From Lingula anatina (taxonomy: Eukaryota; Animalia; Brachiopoda), in contig CM120648.1 of NCBI GenBank assembly GCA_051362555.1, positions 10,474,587 through 10,538,586 on the forward strand: DNA of 64,000 nt, written 5' to 3'. The position numbers were made by a program, and so were the translations under genes. Shown piece after piece: positions 1-11,778 of this stretch. Below the pieces are notes generated by a model, which did not search any database, was not told the DNA's origin, and saw only the letters and a program-made list of their open reading frames with translations. Position 1 is the first letter of the stretch. Each line of letters begins with the position of its first letter.

Positions 1-158
1 CAGAAAATCAAGGAAGCATACGACTTGAAAGACGGGGACCCCCTATTGCGTGCCTTCGAGATGGAATTCGATGCACACTGGCAAAAAATGCTGAAGTTTA
101 TGGACGAAAACAAAGACGGACAACTTTCCATAGATGAATGGCTTGACTATTATCCAAG
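1..158 (+). CDS. Calexcitin / sarcoplasmic calcium-binding protein-like gene, internal exon (5' part lies before the window)
   Basis: Frame 1 is open: QKIKEAYDLKDGDPLLRAFEMEFDAHWQKMLKFMDENKDGQLSIDEWLDYYP. It contains a canonical EF-hand loop, DENKDGQLSIDE, and ends at donor AG|GTAAGA (phase 2). Confidence 0.9.
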
Positions 159-845
159 GTAAGAGAGAGCATTGGTGTGGTCAGATGCTTAACTAATTGG
201 AATTTTTTAAAAATATGAATTATTAAACTGTTGTTCTTATTAAATTATTATTATTATGTGTGTGTGTGCGAGAGAGAGAGAGAGGGTAATGCTCTTTTAG
301 TTCGAATTTGGCTTAAGTATCGTGGTGATTTTACATCGTTTTGCCAGGTTCCAAACCTGTCACTGCTTTAGTTCACAATGTGGATTTGTCTACAATTATC
401 CAGTACCGCAGTAGTAATACAGAAACATCGCCTGTCTTTCTGTTCATGTTATGTTGTAAACAAAATTCGCTTTGTATGTTTAGATCAGGGTTTGTTTTTT
501 CTGGTTCTTTTACACGACAGTATTGGAATTTTTTATCAAGATTTTACTGTGACAGATAAAACGTTCAACGTATGCCGACTAAGTCTTTAAATGTAGCATC
601 ATTTGATGCTTATTTTTTACCAGAAGCTTTTGATAGGGAAAATAAAGTTTTTTCCCCATGCATATTACTATATTTCGTTACAAGAATGCTTATCGTGATC
701 ACGAAACTGAGACTTGTCTGTGTGTGCACTGTCAGTGATATTTGTAGATCTCAAACTTATTGGTATAAAATAGACAAAAACATGTTGATAGAATTGTCAA
801 ATGAACTTGTCCAACATTCAGCGTTACTTATTATTCCAATTTCAG

Positions 846-940
846 CATCACGTCAACTTCGAAGGCCAAGACCCCTGAAAATCTGCCCACTTTCCTCCTT
901 ACGTTAGCAGACGCTTTTTTCGCGCTGATGGACACTAAAA
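846..940 (+). CDS. Calexcitin/SCP-like gene, mutually exclusive exon A (95 bp)
   Basis: Acceptor TTTTCAG|C and donor A|GTAAGC; phase 2 in, phase 1 out. Encodes (S)ITSTSKAKTPENLPTFLLTLADAFFALMDTK, in frame with both flanking exons. Confidence 0.88.
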
Positions 941-1586
941 GTAAGCCCAGACGCATGGATGGAGGGATCTTCACTTTCGTTTTTCACTTTCATTTTGTTT
1001 GATTTCAGTTCAGACCTTTGGTTACGCATGCGCAGTATGATGATAGTTATCTTGTCCTTTACAGGGTTTTTCTGGTTGCTCATTTATGTTTTGTTCTAAA
1101 ATTTGGTGTGGGTGCTTTTTGCCAAAGCGTGGTGGATGCTTCGTGAACTTTGGTGACGCATATTGCATACACTATGTATCATTCTTCTATGAAAAAGGCA
1201 CTCAAAAGAGACGCAATTTCTTTGTAGAAGAGCAAAAACCTTTCATGTAATGTAACATTGACAGGAAACGGAAATTACCATTACCATTACTATCAGGGAG
1301 AGGAATTGTTCCGAGGATCCGAGTGCCAAACCGGAAACTTGCATTCATCACACACCGCTGTAACAATCAATTTCGCACTTCGCTCTGCTAAAAGCGCCCT
1401 ACACAACTTAAAAATTACCTTTGGTTACTGGTACTAACCTTGCCATGTTGCACTAATACATTTTCTTTTAGTTTGCACCTAGCCTTGTTATAAGAGCGTG
1501 CAGGCGATGCAATTCACCAGGTTGCTTCGTTATAAGCCGCTTTTTGTTTCCACTTAACACCTTCGTCTTCTGTACTTTCTCTCTAG

Positions 1587-1681
1587 CATAACTAGTACAA
1601 CGAAAGGAAAGTCTTTCGACAATCTTCCGACATTCTTACAAAGTCTTGCGGATGCCAAGTTTATACTTATGGACAAGAACA
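1587..1681 (+). CDS. Calexcitin/SCP-like gene, mutually exclusive exon B (95 bp)
   Basis: Acceptor CTTTCTCTCTAG|C and donor A|GTAAGC; same length and phases as exon A. Encodes (S)ITSTTKGKSFDNLPTFLQSLADAKFILMDKN, clearly paralogous to exon A. Confidence 0.88.
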
Positions 1682-1738
1682 GTAAGCAGTTTGCGCTATT
1701 ATAATTCTGCACGGGGTTTTACGCTATGTTGAGATTAA

Positions 1739-1851
1739 GACCCCGTTCCCATACTTAGATCGATCTAGCAAACCCATATCCGAGGGGTTTCTCGCTAAAT
1801 TGCGGAGGTGGGTCGATCCTGCTAGATCGATCTAAATAAGGGAATAGGGTC
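1739..1851. mobile_element. Palindromic MITE, GATCGATC family (PIF/Harbinger-like)
   Basis: Inverted ends GACCCCGTTCCCATACTTAGATCGATCTAGCA ... TGCTAGATCGATCTAAATAAGGGAATAGGGTC, flanked by TAA on both sides. Confidence 0.8.
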
Positions 1852-2061
1852 TAAGATAATTCTAGACTGGGCATCGGTCTCAGGTGTTATGAATACCTGT
1901 CAATAACCGACGTTGCATGAGGTGTCAAAACCTGGTGGAATGTAGTGACAACTATGACCGATTTTCAGTTCGAATTGTTAAATCTGGCGTTGCTTCTTGG
2001 GTGCGTTAACATCGTCTGTTGTGGCAGGGTTGTGATAGGGTTTTCAAACAAAGATTTCTCA

Positions 2062-2236
2062 GAGCGCATTCGGAACAACGGACTAAAAGATCCGCAGATC
2101 AAATATAGCGACCCCATACAAAGCTTTAGAGATTCGACACTGAACAGATTACCCGCGGGAATTATGTAACAAGCACTCGAGTGGGTCGGGCAAATATGAT
2201 CCGTGGATCTGTTAGACCGCTGTTCTGAAAGCGCTC
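2062..2236. mobile_element. MITE, ATTCAGAAC family (PIF/Harbinger-like)
   Basis: Ends GAGCGCATTCGGAACAACGGACTAA ... TTAGACCGCTGTTCTGAAAGCGCTC. Homologous to the copies at 14390, 28021, 53089 and 55944. Confidence 0.8.
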
Positions 2237-2712
2237 TTAATGACTGAACAGCATCAATTTGTAATGTGTACTAGGTGTGCCATCACTTTTTGTACGAGAT
2301 GATTTAAAATATTCTTGTAGAAACTGTATATGTCACTGATACATGAAATTTTAGTCTGTTTTGGTCTATCCTCACCAACTTCTGCCGTAGAAAGGTGGTA
2401 TTAATGCTAACACCCGGTTACTTCATTTCTCTAGCTGTCTTATTTTCATTGGAAAGAAGATTAACGTCTTTCCCCAGTTACAACAAATTGTATTAATTCC
2501 CGTTTTTAACAAATTTGCTAATATTTGACGGGAGAAGAGCCGATTTAAACAACCATTTAACGCTTTTTGAAACTTGTATACTATCATTAACTTACAAGTA
2601 GTATTATCATATGAATAATATTTAGTAGTTTCTGGTGTGACCAAATACAGATGTATGTATGTGCTTTTCAAAAATTGTACATCATTCGACAACTTCTTCA
2701 ATGTTATTTCAG

Positions 2713-2822
2713 AGGACGGGTTCATTGATGCCGAAGAGTACAGTGAATTTTGGACCAAATTTGACAAACGCGCTCCTGTAGATCTCGCCACAGCAAAAGA
2801 GCACTTGGCACATTTAACCAAG
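2713..2822 (+). CDS. Calexcitin/SCP-like gene, penultimate exon
   Basis: Acceptor TATTTCAG| and donor AAG|GTAATG. Encodes (K)DGFIDAEEYSEFWTKFDKRAPVDLATAKEHLAHLTK and completes the EF loop begun in exon A or B. Confidence 0.9.
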
Positions 2823-3109
2823 GTAATGAAGGTCTTTTATTGTGCGATCATGATGAGGAAAATGTCGTCCCATTCTTAACGTTATACTAAACATGTTTGT
2901 GCGACAACCACTGTTACTTATACAAGGAATCGCGGATGAATAATCTTGAAAATTACGTATTGAAAAATCGTTGCATTGCAGATGCTGTGTCGAGATGAAA
3001 GCTGCTACGGTATTTAAAGATACGTGTTTAGTTTAAAATGTTGAATTTTGAACGTTAAAACATCAATAGGCCTATTAGTTGTAAATTGAATCGTTGGTGT
3101 TTTTTCCAG

Positions 3110-3256
3110 AATGGAAAGTATGGTATGGACCTTGCTCACTTCCGGGAAGTTTACGCCGACTACACGTGGTCAAAGGATCCCGATTCTTTCGGTCGTTATG
3201 CATATGGACCTTTAGACATTGCAGATAATAGTGGAAGCGACAGCGATAGCGATTAA
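3110..3256 (+). CDS. Calexcitin/SCP-like gene, last coding exon
   Basis: Acceptor TTTTTTCCAG|. Encodes NGKYGMDLAHFREVYADYTWSKDPDSFGRYAYGPLDIADNSGSDSDSD*, matching the S-x-D...G...(F/Y)GPL C-terminal signature of the SCP/calexcitin family. AATAAA lies at 3280-3285. Confidence 0.88.
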   Translation, partial: NGKYGMDLAHFREVYADYTWSKDPDSFGRYAYGPLDIADNSGSDSDSD

Positions 3257-4266
3257 CCTTTTGAGACACATCAAAAGGAAATAAACTTGTTGGAGAGGAA
3301 ACACGTACATGTACTACAAAATTGGTGGATTATTCAACGGAAATTGAAACATTACATAACTACGCCTTCCAAAGGACTTTTGTGATTTTACTTCGATTGC
3401 AACTTTTTCATTTAAAGATAGGGATCAGAGAATGTCTCGTTTTATCTCGCCCTTTCGAGAACATGATGCAAAACCATATATTTAAAGTAGATGCACGTTG
3501 CGCATGTCAACGCAACCTAATTTTCCTACCTCCGCTCGAGCCGCACACAAAGAACTTGTATTAAAGCACATGTCGCCTATGGTACAGGGACATATCACGA
3601 ATCATTGATTTTTCTTGCGGATGTGATTAAAAAAGAAACTGTAAATAGTTTGCGTGCAAGAAAAAAAACTTGTTTTTAAAGGTTTTTATTCTGACATTGA
3701 ATATGGTACGTAGGTACCTTTCGCCGTTTTCATCGGGTAGACTGATTCAGCAAGATGTACCTCATCTAATGGATGTTTATATTTCGCTGGTAACGTTTCA
3801 GAACTTGGAATACCGGTGTTAAACCAATACAGTATACCTCAATTTTACTGTTACACGTACACATAAAATAAATTCTGTTCTGAACTTTAGGAAACGAAAA
3901 ATGGGAGGCGGTTACCAAGGACGTGTCTTTGAGTGAAAATCCCCCCAAACATACTAAGTAATATTTACCGTTTGTCTGAATGTCTATGCACATGGTGGAA
4001 TAAAATTTCATTTACTTTTTAACTTGCGTTGCTTTTTTGCCTCCAAAGAGTAGGTGGAATCTAAAATTCAATCTTTGTTATAATATGATGGATGTGGCGG
4101 TCGATGGCAGACTGGTAACCGAAGGTCGCACAGATCATATATGTTGCAAACTTAGACGGTAAAAGCGTGTTTTAATTCTTAACATATTGTAACGTGGCAG
4201 AGAGTCCCCCCTGGTAGAGAGTCCGCTTCCCATTAATTTGCACAGGTAAGCCTCGCTCTAGATCCC

Positions 4267-4355
4267 GACCCACTTTAGGTCAGGCTAACCCTAACCATGG
4301 TAACTAAGTGGAGTACGATCTTCCTGTTACAGGGACCTTCGGTTTCGTTACACCT
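4267..4355 (+). repeat. Dispersed repeat fragment (copy 1)
   Basis: GACCCACTTTAGGTCAGGCTAACCCTAAC...CTGTTACA...TTTCGTTACACC recurs at 47420-47508. Confidence 0.7.
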
Positions 4356-6011
4356 GTCTTCGGTGCATCAACGACAACCCCCAGGCTACCGAAAAACCTA
4401 TGTGGTATCCACCCGGTTGCCAATAGGTCCCTTATTGATATGCAAATAATTGTGCGGTTTTCCCTTTGTCCCTTAGCATCAGGCGTTTACCACTTACAAA
4501 ACAACGTAATTAAATCGTGACAGGTCGTGCGCATACTTTTAACAATATCATCCTTGTGGTGAGGATACCAAGCACTGGAAGGATGTTAAATTGTATTTCC
4601 TGAAACTACTTTTTATTAATGGTTCTTGGACCTTTTTGTACCTATTATTTGTAAGTAATTTTAATGGCTGAAATATGAGAGTAAATTATATAATACATTT
4701 CCGATTAAATTATTTTTTTACTTACCGTTTACTATGCATCCTTCTTTTCATTAAATTGTTTACTCAGAAAACATGGCTTTGCAAAATTTAAATGAGTGAC
4801 AGTGATGTAACATTATGGGTTTCGACATTTTTACCAATGATTTAAACATAGCGTCAAAAATTAGCACATTGGTACTTAAGCCCCAAATGGAAACAAATTC
4901 AGTCTCGTAAACCTAAAATAAGTGCAAACCTTTTCAATTAGTGTTAAATCTTGGCATAAAATACAAATTGTTCTTGGAAAATATTATAATTTTACGTGAT
5001 ATTTTTAAGGCATTAAACAAAACATGAAAAAAAAGTCAACGCCCATACATGCCACCATCCTACGCCTATCTTATAATCTTCCAGCGACATGATTGCGATC
5101 GGTAAAATACTTGTTAGCGACCAACCGACTAAAAGCTGTCTATCGACAATGCAGATACATCAACAACCTTTTAGCGTTATGGTTCTTACTCCTTGCGACC
5201 GGTAAGAAACTTGTAAGCGTCCAAGTCATTTAAGTCCGTCAATGGCTCATGCAGTTACAAGTGATATGCGACCGGTTTTAGTCTGGTTATAGCGACCCAC
5301 TGGCAACAAAGAAGAGACCGATAGGCAACCTTTGGGATACCGATATTTTTCACCTTTAGTCGCACTGGTTGTTGGTGCACTAAAAAATGGTTTTTATCTG
5401 TCAAAGATGGTAACCTGTTAGCAACCTTATGCAACCACTTCAAAACCTATGACAACCTCCTTGCGTCTGAGGTTCCTAAAAGGTTGACAAAAGGTTGCAA
5501 GCGCAGTGTGACCCAGGGTTTCCATTCACTCAACACTGAGTTTGGGAATTAACAGCTCAATAAAAGACGGTGTATAATTGTCTCGATAAAACCAGTTCTT
5601 AACCGTGCATTTCTTCCCGTTTCTTTCCGTCTCTACCAATGTTATCGATCCAAATATTTCGCTCTGAGGGGTCCGTATGGACCTTGTAATTGCCCAAGTG
5701 TCTGTCTCGCTCACTGTTTCTGAATCGAAGCCGTGAGCCGCACAACAAGTAAGACAAGACATGGCTCTCAAAACCTCTACACTTTGTGCTGACAATATTT
5801 CGGAGATGGACTTCTTCTCCTGCCATGCTAAACCTTAACGGCCCATCTGAAAGGTCTTTGTTGATAAAGAACGGGTGGGGGTGGTCTTCGGATGAGATCA
5901 TTACACTGCAAAGAAAGAATTTTAGCCAATTTTTTTTTTACCAATTTACTTATTTTCTTCAACGCTGAGATACATCCTATTGGAAAGCTCCAAAAATGTA
6001 GCGATGTTTAA

Positions 6012-6349
6012 AGGGATAATAACTCTTCGTTTCGGCCAAAAAATGAATTTTCCTAGAGCAAACAACAATTTTCCCATACTTACCAATGGTTAATGAATCC
6101 ATTTTTACATTCAAAGTTACTCCCTGTTTTTTTTTTCTAAAAAGTTTGGTTTTTGTTAAAATCTCTTAAGAGATTTTAACAGAGTATAGGCATCAGTGGA
6201 GGTCACGTGGTCTAAAGACAAGCTCAGATATCAGAATAATAGCTTTAACTGCCGTTTTTGTGGTAAAAAAGAAAATATTATATTTCTATGAGCTATTCAC
6301 AATGTTTTAATTGTGAAATATAAATCTCATACGAAGAGTTATTATCCCT
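6012..6349. mobile_element. Non-autonomous DNA transposon, Kolobok-like
   Basis: Perfect 19-bp TIR AGGGATAATAACTCTTCGT (6012-6030 / 6331-6349), TTAA on both sides, AG...CT termini. Confidence 0.82.
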
Positions 6350-7211
6350 TTAAACCTGTATTTTAGCTTAATTTTTATCTTTTCTCAAATTTCATTTGTA
6401 GTTTTTTAATTTATTCATTTATTTACTGTCGTTACAGCAATTCGTCAGTTTCAATTTACAGTTTATGGGTGCCTTGTCTCTGAAACGTCGAAGTTGAAGC
6501 TAAAGAAAAGACTGTATTTTTAAAGATATACCTTGGAAATAAAGAAAAAAAAGTGTTGAAATGTCTAGTAAAGTAGAAATTTTATTCTTTATTAGGTAGA
6601 CACTTAGAAACAATCTAGAGAAAGCCAACGAATGGTCTGTTTTCTAAGTCAGTCATGCAATAGTTAAAATAGTGCTGAAAGTAACTTTTTGTGCTAAGAT
6701 AAATCAAACGCCCGATAAGTAATGCGGATATGAGGAAGACGTCGTCTTGCGTTCTATGGAGAGCGATGGGTGGTCGGCTTTGTGTGGGACAGAGATAATA
6801 CGTTTCTGCTCCTTATGTGACTTTGATTCAAACCTTCAATATGTGTTTTTTTTTCTAAGGCTCATGAAACCTGTTATCAGAACATCTCTCCGTGTAGCTG
6901 TGGTTTTGTGATCTTTACCTTTCTGGGGTTTGTCTCAGACGTACTTGCTCGAAAACAACTGATTTCTACTTGACAAAATAGAGCAAAAAATGGAAAACGG
7001 AGAAGCTTTTTGTTTCTACTTGTTTCCACTGCTAAGAAAACAATTACTATCCCCAGTAGAATATCTTTGGTTTTTAGTAAGATATTTAATAAAATTTCTG
7101 ACTATATACAGCACTTTTTTTGTTTGTGAACAGAAAGAATGGTACATAGTACTAATCAGAAGTGTGACGAGGGCGGAGAGAGGCCAAAATAAATATTGCC
7201 ATTAATATTAA

Positions 7212-7575
7212 AGGTACATACAAACTGAGCAACGGTGGAGCGTGGATTCCCAGTAACACATGTAAACCACTTCTTCTAGTTTCCTATACGACTCAAATAA
7301 ATTTGACATGCCAAGGGATAAACTGAATAGATAACTCTATCAGCCATAAAAGAGCTGAAGACTGCTCCTTTCTTAAAATTTTTGGTCGGAAATTAATCCT
7401 TCTTTTCTGCCCCATTGACATACAGCAGAGAATGCTAGCAGAAAAATCTGTTCAAACATCATTTTCGGGTAAATTTAAACAACGCCTTTTGGTAATTCTC
7501 TTAGTTATACTACTTGAAACTATATGCTGGCATTTGGTCGATTTTTGTGGCAAAAAATTGACTTTGTATGCATCT
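7212..7575. mobile_element. Non-autonomous DNA transposon, Kolobok-like (older)
   Basis: TTAA-AGGTACATACAAA ... TTTGTATGCATCT-TTAA; 13-bp TIR with 2 mismatches. Confidence 0.55.
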
Positions 7576-7941
7576 TTAAGGTGAACGGTTTGACCAGCTG
7601 ATTAGAACGTACGTACATGTACGCATTTGAACAAAATAGACTATAAAAAGGAAAACGAAGTACCAAATTATGTTAGATAAAATATTCAGGGACCAGAATA
7701 TTAATAAACAAGCCAAGCGTCCATCCCTTTTTTTTATTAAATTTTATTTATAAATTCATATTAAAGACCTAAACGTATTAATACAGATTAATAATAACTG
7801 TAACGTTATATATGGTTTCTATAACTTAGAATGTATCTCAGTTGCTCAACTGAGGTTTTTGATCTAGACCTATCCAAAATAAATCCCTTCTTGCGAATAT
7901 ATGTTGCCAAAATGTATACTGTGCTCCCATATGCTTGATGA

Positions 7942-8867
7942 TTAAACGCTTGTAACGAGGCAGAGAGGCGGGCTGCGAGGTAGGCGCCTGTGCGTCGGTA
8001 AAATAGGTGGCGCTGGGTTTGAAAATATCAGGCCCGCACTAGCTTCCGGTCTCCTGCCTCTCAGTTGCGAAAAACGTCTGTCTGAACGGGTAGCAACGGT
8101 AGCGTAGGCGAACCTTTCCGACCGACCTCTCCATCTAAAATAGCCATATCTCTGCTCGTGGAGCAACACCCTGCGGCGGCGTCTGCGGCGCTTGCAAACG
8201 AACACGGTCGTAGCAAACGCGTGCCGAAAATTGGACGAAAGCATATTGTAAAGTACCGGATTTACTGCACTGTTCAGGTAAAAAGCCATCCGGACGAAAG
8301 ACAGCAAATTGAGCTGGGAGTCGATTGATAACCACTGCTTCGAATCGGATGTGCCAAATATAAGCCAAAGCGTAAAAATACGAACGGGAAGCACACACAC
8401 AAAGAACATCACTATAATTCCAACAAGAAGTCCCACGAGCTGTCTCCGCTGTTTTGTCCTTCTACCATTCGCCTTGGTCAGTGTTACCCCCTCGGCAACC
8501 AGAACTGTTCCTATCCGTATATATATTACCATTAAAACAAGTATTGGTATACAGAAATACAGCAAGAACAGCAGAACAATATAAACTTGTTTCCAGTTAG
8601 TGTCTATGGCGGTGGAACAGATCTTGACTGCCTCTTGATTGACAACGTACGTGGCATCGATCACTTTGGCAATGGCCAAAAATGGCGACGAGGACACGAG
8701 GGCGATGACCCACGTGACCAAGATCATCTTCACGGTCCGAGGAGTGGTGCACATTGTCTGAGCGTGAAATGGCCGACAGATGGCGCAGTATCTCTCGAGA
8801 CTGATCAAAGTAATGGAGAGCACTGACGCATGCGCCGTGGTGTTTTCAAGAAAAGGTTGGAGTTTAC
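7942..8867 (-). CDS. Class A neuropeptide GPCR, ecdysis-triggering-hormone-receptor (ETHR)-like, coding exon 2 (TM3-TM7 and C-tail)
   Basis: Minus-strand acceptor TTTCAG|GT AAA. Encodes (C)KLQPFLENTTAHASVLSITLISLERYCAICRP...FFVCVLP...YLNSAVNPVLYNMLSSNFR, with ERY and NPxxY motifs. AHASVL and YLNSAxNPxLYNxxSSxFR are characteristic of the ETHR/TRHR/GHSR-NMUR group. Confidence 0.93.
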
Positions 8868-9931
8868 CTGAAATGTAGTTCATTGCAGTGAATAAATAAA
8901 AATAATCAACTTGGGTTTAAAGTACACGAGTAAGAAAAATGAAAACCCGAGCCAAACATTAAGTGAAACAAATTTATCTCCTCAACCAATGGTCTGTACA
9001 TTCGTTTGCCTGTTTGTCTATAAGGCAAGATCTTGTTTGTAAGTACGACAGTCTGACCAATATTTAAAGAAACGGTGCAAATGTTTAATCATATATTTGG
9101 CATAGTAAAATAGAAAAGGATATATTCTTACGATTTTAAGAAAAACTGTGGCGTAAAGGTCCCCAAGGTGAAACCTGTGAACTAATTTGGCTGAAGACGA
9201 ACCCAGTGAACCATTTCATTTGGAAAATTTATAGATGGGCGACGTGGAGGAAATCGGAGATGTTCTAGTCTAGCCAATTGCACTGAAATGTCTTCTCGAT
9301 ATGAATAAAGTAATATATATTTCTGGGAGGAGAAATTGGAAAAGCGGCTTCTTTGCAAGAATTTTCGATTTCATCTCCGGGAGACATTATATTGCGCAAA
9401 CCTAATAGGGTGATGAATATATTAAGATTAATGAAAAGATAATTTTTTGATGAAGCTTGAGAGTTCTTCATGTCGTTGAACTTATCAAAGCGACAAAGCT
9501 TGTTAAGTGAAGTGCCTAGACGTTTTCCGCAATTAATATATGGTGCAATTTCCTAGACTATTATGTCGTTATCATCACCTTACCTTCTGTCTGGAAAACC
9601 CAAAAACCTTTTAATTTCTTCATTTTAGGCATGTATTACGTGGGATTTTCTATTATCAAACAAAATCTAATAACTTATTTTACGCTGCAGAAAAGCTGTC
9701 AAAACGAAAGAGATCTGACTTGAAGAATCCTTGCCTATAGCCCATTGTCTTTAAGGGGAAACCCACTTTCTAGAGTCTAGAATGAATATAACTATAGTTT
9801 CTTATCGTTTGTTGTCGATTTTGATCACGTCCAGGAAGAGGGAGTGGTCAACAGGGTATATTTCGCGGATAGTACAATTCAAGGGGGAATATGTACGGGT
9901 ATTGATTTAGACCATTTTCATGTTTCACTAC

Positions 9932-9979
<48 letters not shown>

Positions 9980-11778
9980 GAGACGCGTTAATACGGAAGC
10001 TGGGTTGTTCCGTATGATCATCTTTAGTGGAGTGCGAAAAACTGCGAAAAGATGCAGAAAAAAAAAAGATAAATTTATCGTTCAAGTTGTGTGGAAAATT
10101 GTTAGCCATATGGAAAATCGGTGATGTTCATAATCGAGATAAAATTATAAACTAACAAAAATATAATAACAGGTACAGCTTGACCCACGGACAGTTTCTA
10201 AGTGATATTTGAAAACAAATGTGATTACGTGCTAAAACAATTTTAATTTAATTAAATGTCTTATTGGTCATGGCTTGGCCGCCAAGGAACAGTTTTCATG
10301 AAGAAAAAAGTCGGGTGTTTCGTTTTGTTTTGAAAGTGCTGGGGAGTGAGAGTTGGGTGCTCAGGACGCGTATTTAAAACCGAACAACGCACAACACTTT
10401 TGAAAAATGAAAACGCCCCCTTTTGGCAGTTGGTCGTTCAGGACCATGAGGCGATGGCATGGGCGTACTAGTAAACGGTATTCAAGCCTTTATTAGGATT
10501 CAAAATCTGGAAGACCAACCTGAAGCTGTCAGAAACTTAAGAATGTCAACGTTAAGTACAAGTAAGGAAAAATTGTTGCAAATGCTGAACATCGTAAGTG
10601 TCAAGCAAGAGGAAACCACTTTAGAACAGCATTAACCATTGACTAATTCAAAGCCAAATTACCGATCACTTATAGTTTAGATGTACCGATCACTTATAGT
10701 TATGACAGCTCTTTTTCTATTACAGGAAATCTTGAAAAACACGTTTTTCTGAAGATTTCGCATCACGGTGTAACTTGTCTGTCTGTTTTAAAACACTTAT
10801 CCTGTTTTCGTCTATAACCAAACGACATTCCCGCTATTGTATTAACATTCGCTTGCAATGCATCATAAACATCAAATACAGGGTTAATAAGCTTGGGGTG
10901 TAGAACGTAATTCAAGACCTCTCTCTCTCTTTTATCTTCTCTCTCTCTCTCTCTCTCTTTCCTGTCCTGGTTCAGTTCGCAACGGGCATTTCTGTATAAA
11001 GCACGCTACAGGCGGCAGCAGCTTTCAACACAGAAGTCGGTACTTGTTACCCAATGCCATTATCTGACTATATTCGATCTATTTACACACGTCATATACA
11101 TGTATAATAGTAAGAATTAGTAAGAATCAAATAGCAAATTTTGTCCCTAGAGTAGTTAAATTTGCACATGCTTCTCACTCATTTAGAAATGACAATTAAT
11201 CACCAATGAGATATTCACCGAGTCTGTAACTGATCTCCGCATATTTTGAAAGCACGGGAAGAACGAAGGCGATGGGAAGAGAAAGATAAAAAAATAGGTA
11301 TCAATTTGTGAAATATATAAGCGTGTTTCCAAACGCCAAATTAATATCGTCCTCGGTAAGGTCGTTCCGTGACATTACACTGAGGAAATGAAATTCCTAC
11401 AGGCATATCAAATGACTTTAACGCTACTGGTTGTTGTATCACGAGGTTACAACAGTAGCTTCTTCATCCAACAGTTAATTTCAGGGTTATCACTATAAAT
11501 AATAATAATTATTATATTAAAAAATATTTTTAGTCTAAAATCCAAATTTGTAAAGTAGACTTTACAATTCAACGTAAATAATTAATAAAAAGGCCAGAAA
11601 AAGAAAAGAAAATGATTAAAATTGGAAAAATTGATTAAAACAAATAACGTAGAAATTAAAAATGCTACTTCATCACTCACTTCACTCCATTCCAATACTT
11701 CGTAGTCATACAAGGCTAGAGGTTAAAAAATACACGTGTTACATGTACCTTACTTGCAGTGTTAGAGGTGTCGTGTAA

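Noticed and set aside
556-650. Possible third copy of the alternative exon (MPTKSLNVASFDAYF...FDRENK loosely resembles LPTFL...ADAFF...MD)
   Set aside because: There is a stop codon immediately after the nearest acceptor in the required frame, no matching donor, and the similarity is too weak.
1265-1437. Open frame after TTGACAG that could follow exon A as a terminal exon
   Set aside because: Poor polypyrimidine tract and no EF-hand or family similarity.
5090-5525. GCGACC/GGTTGC-rich tract ending AGTGTGACCCAGGGTTT, resembling a transposon right end
   Set aside because: No matching left end or TSD could be found, so boundaries cannot be supported.
8135-8826. Extra ORFs overlapping the GPCR exons (also 14999-15650)
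   Set aside because: They are shadow or antisense frames of a GC-richer coding exon.
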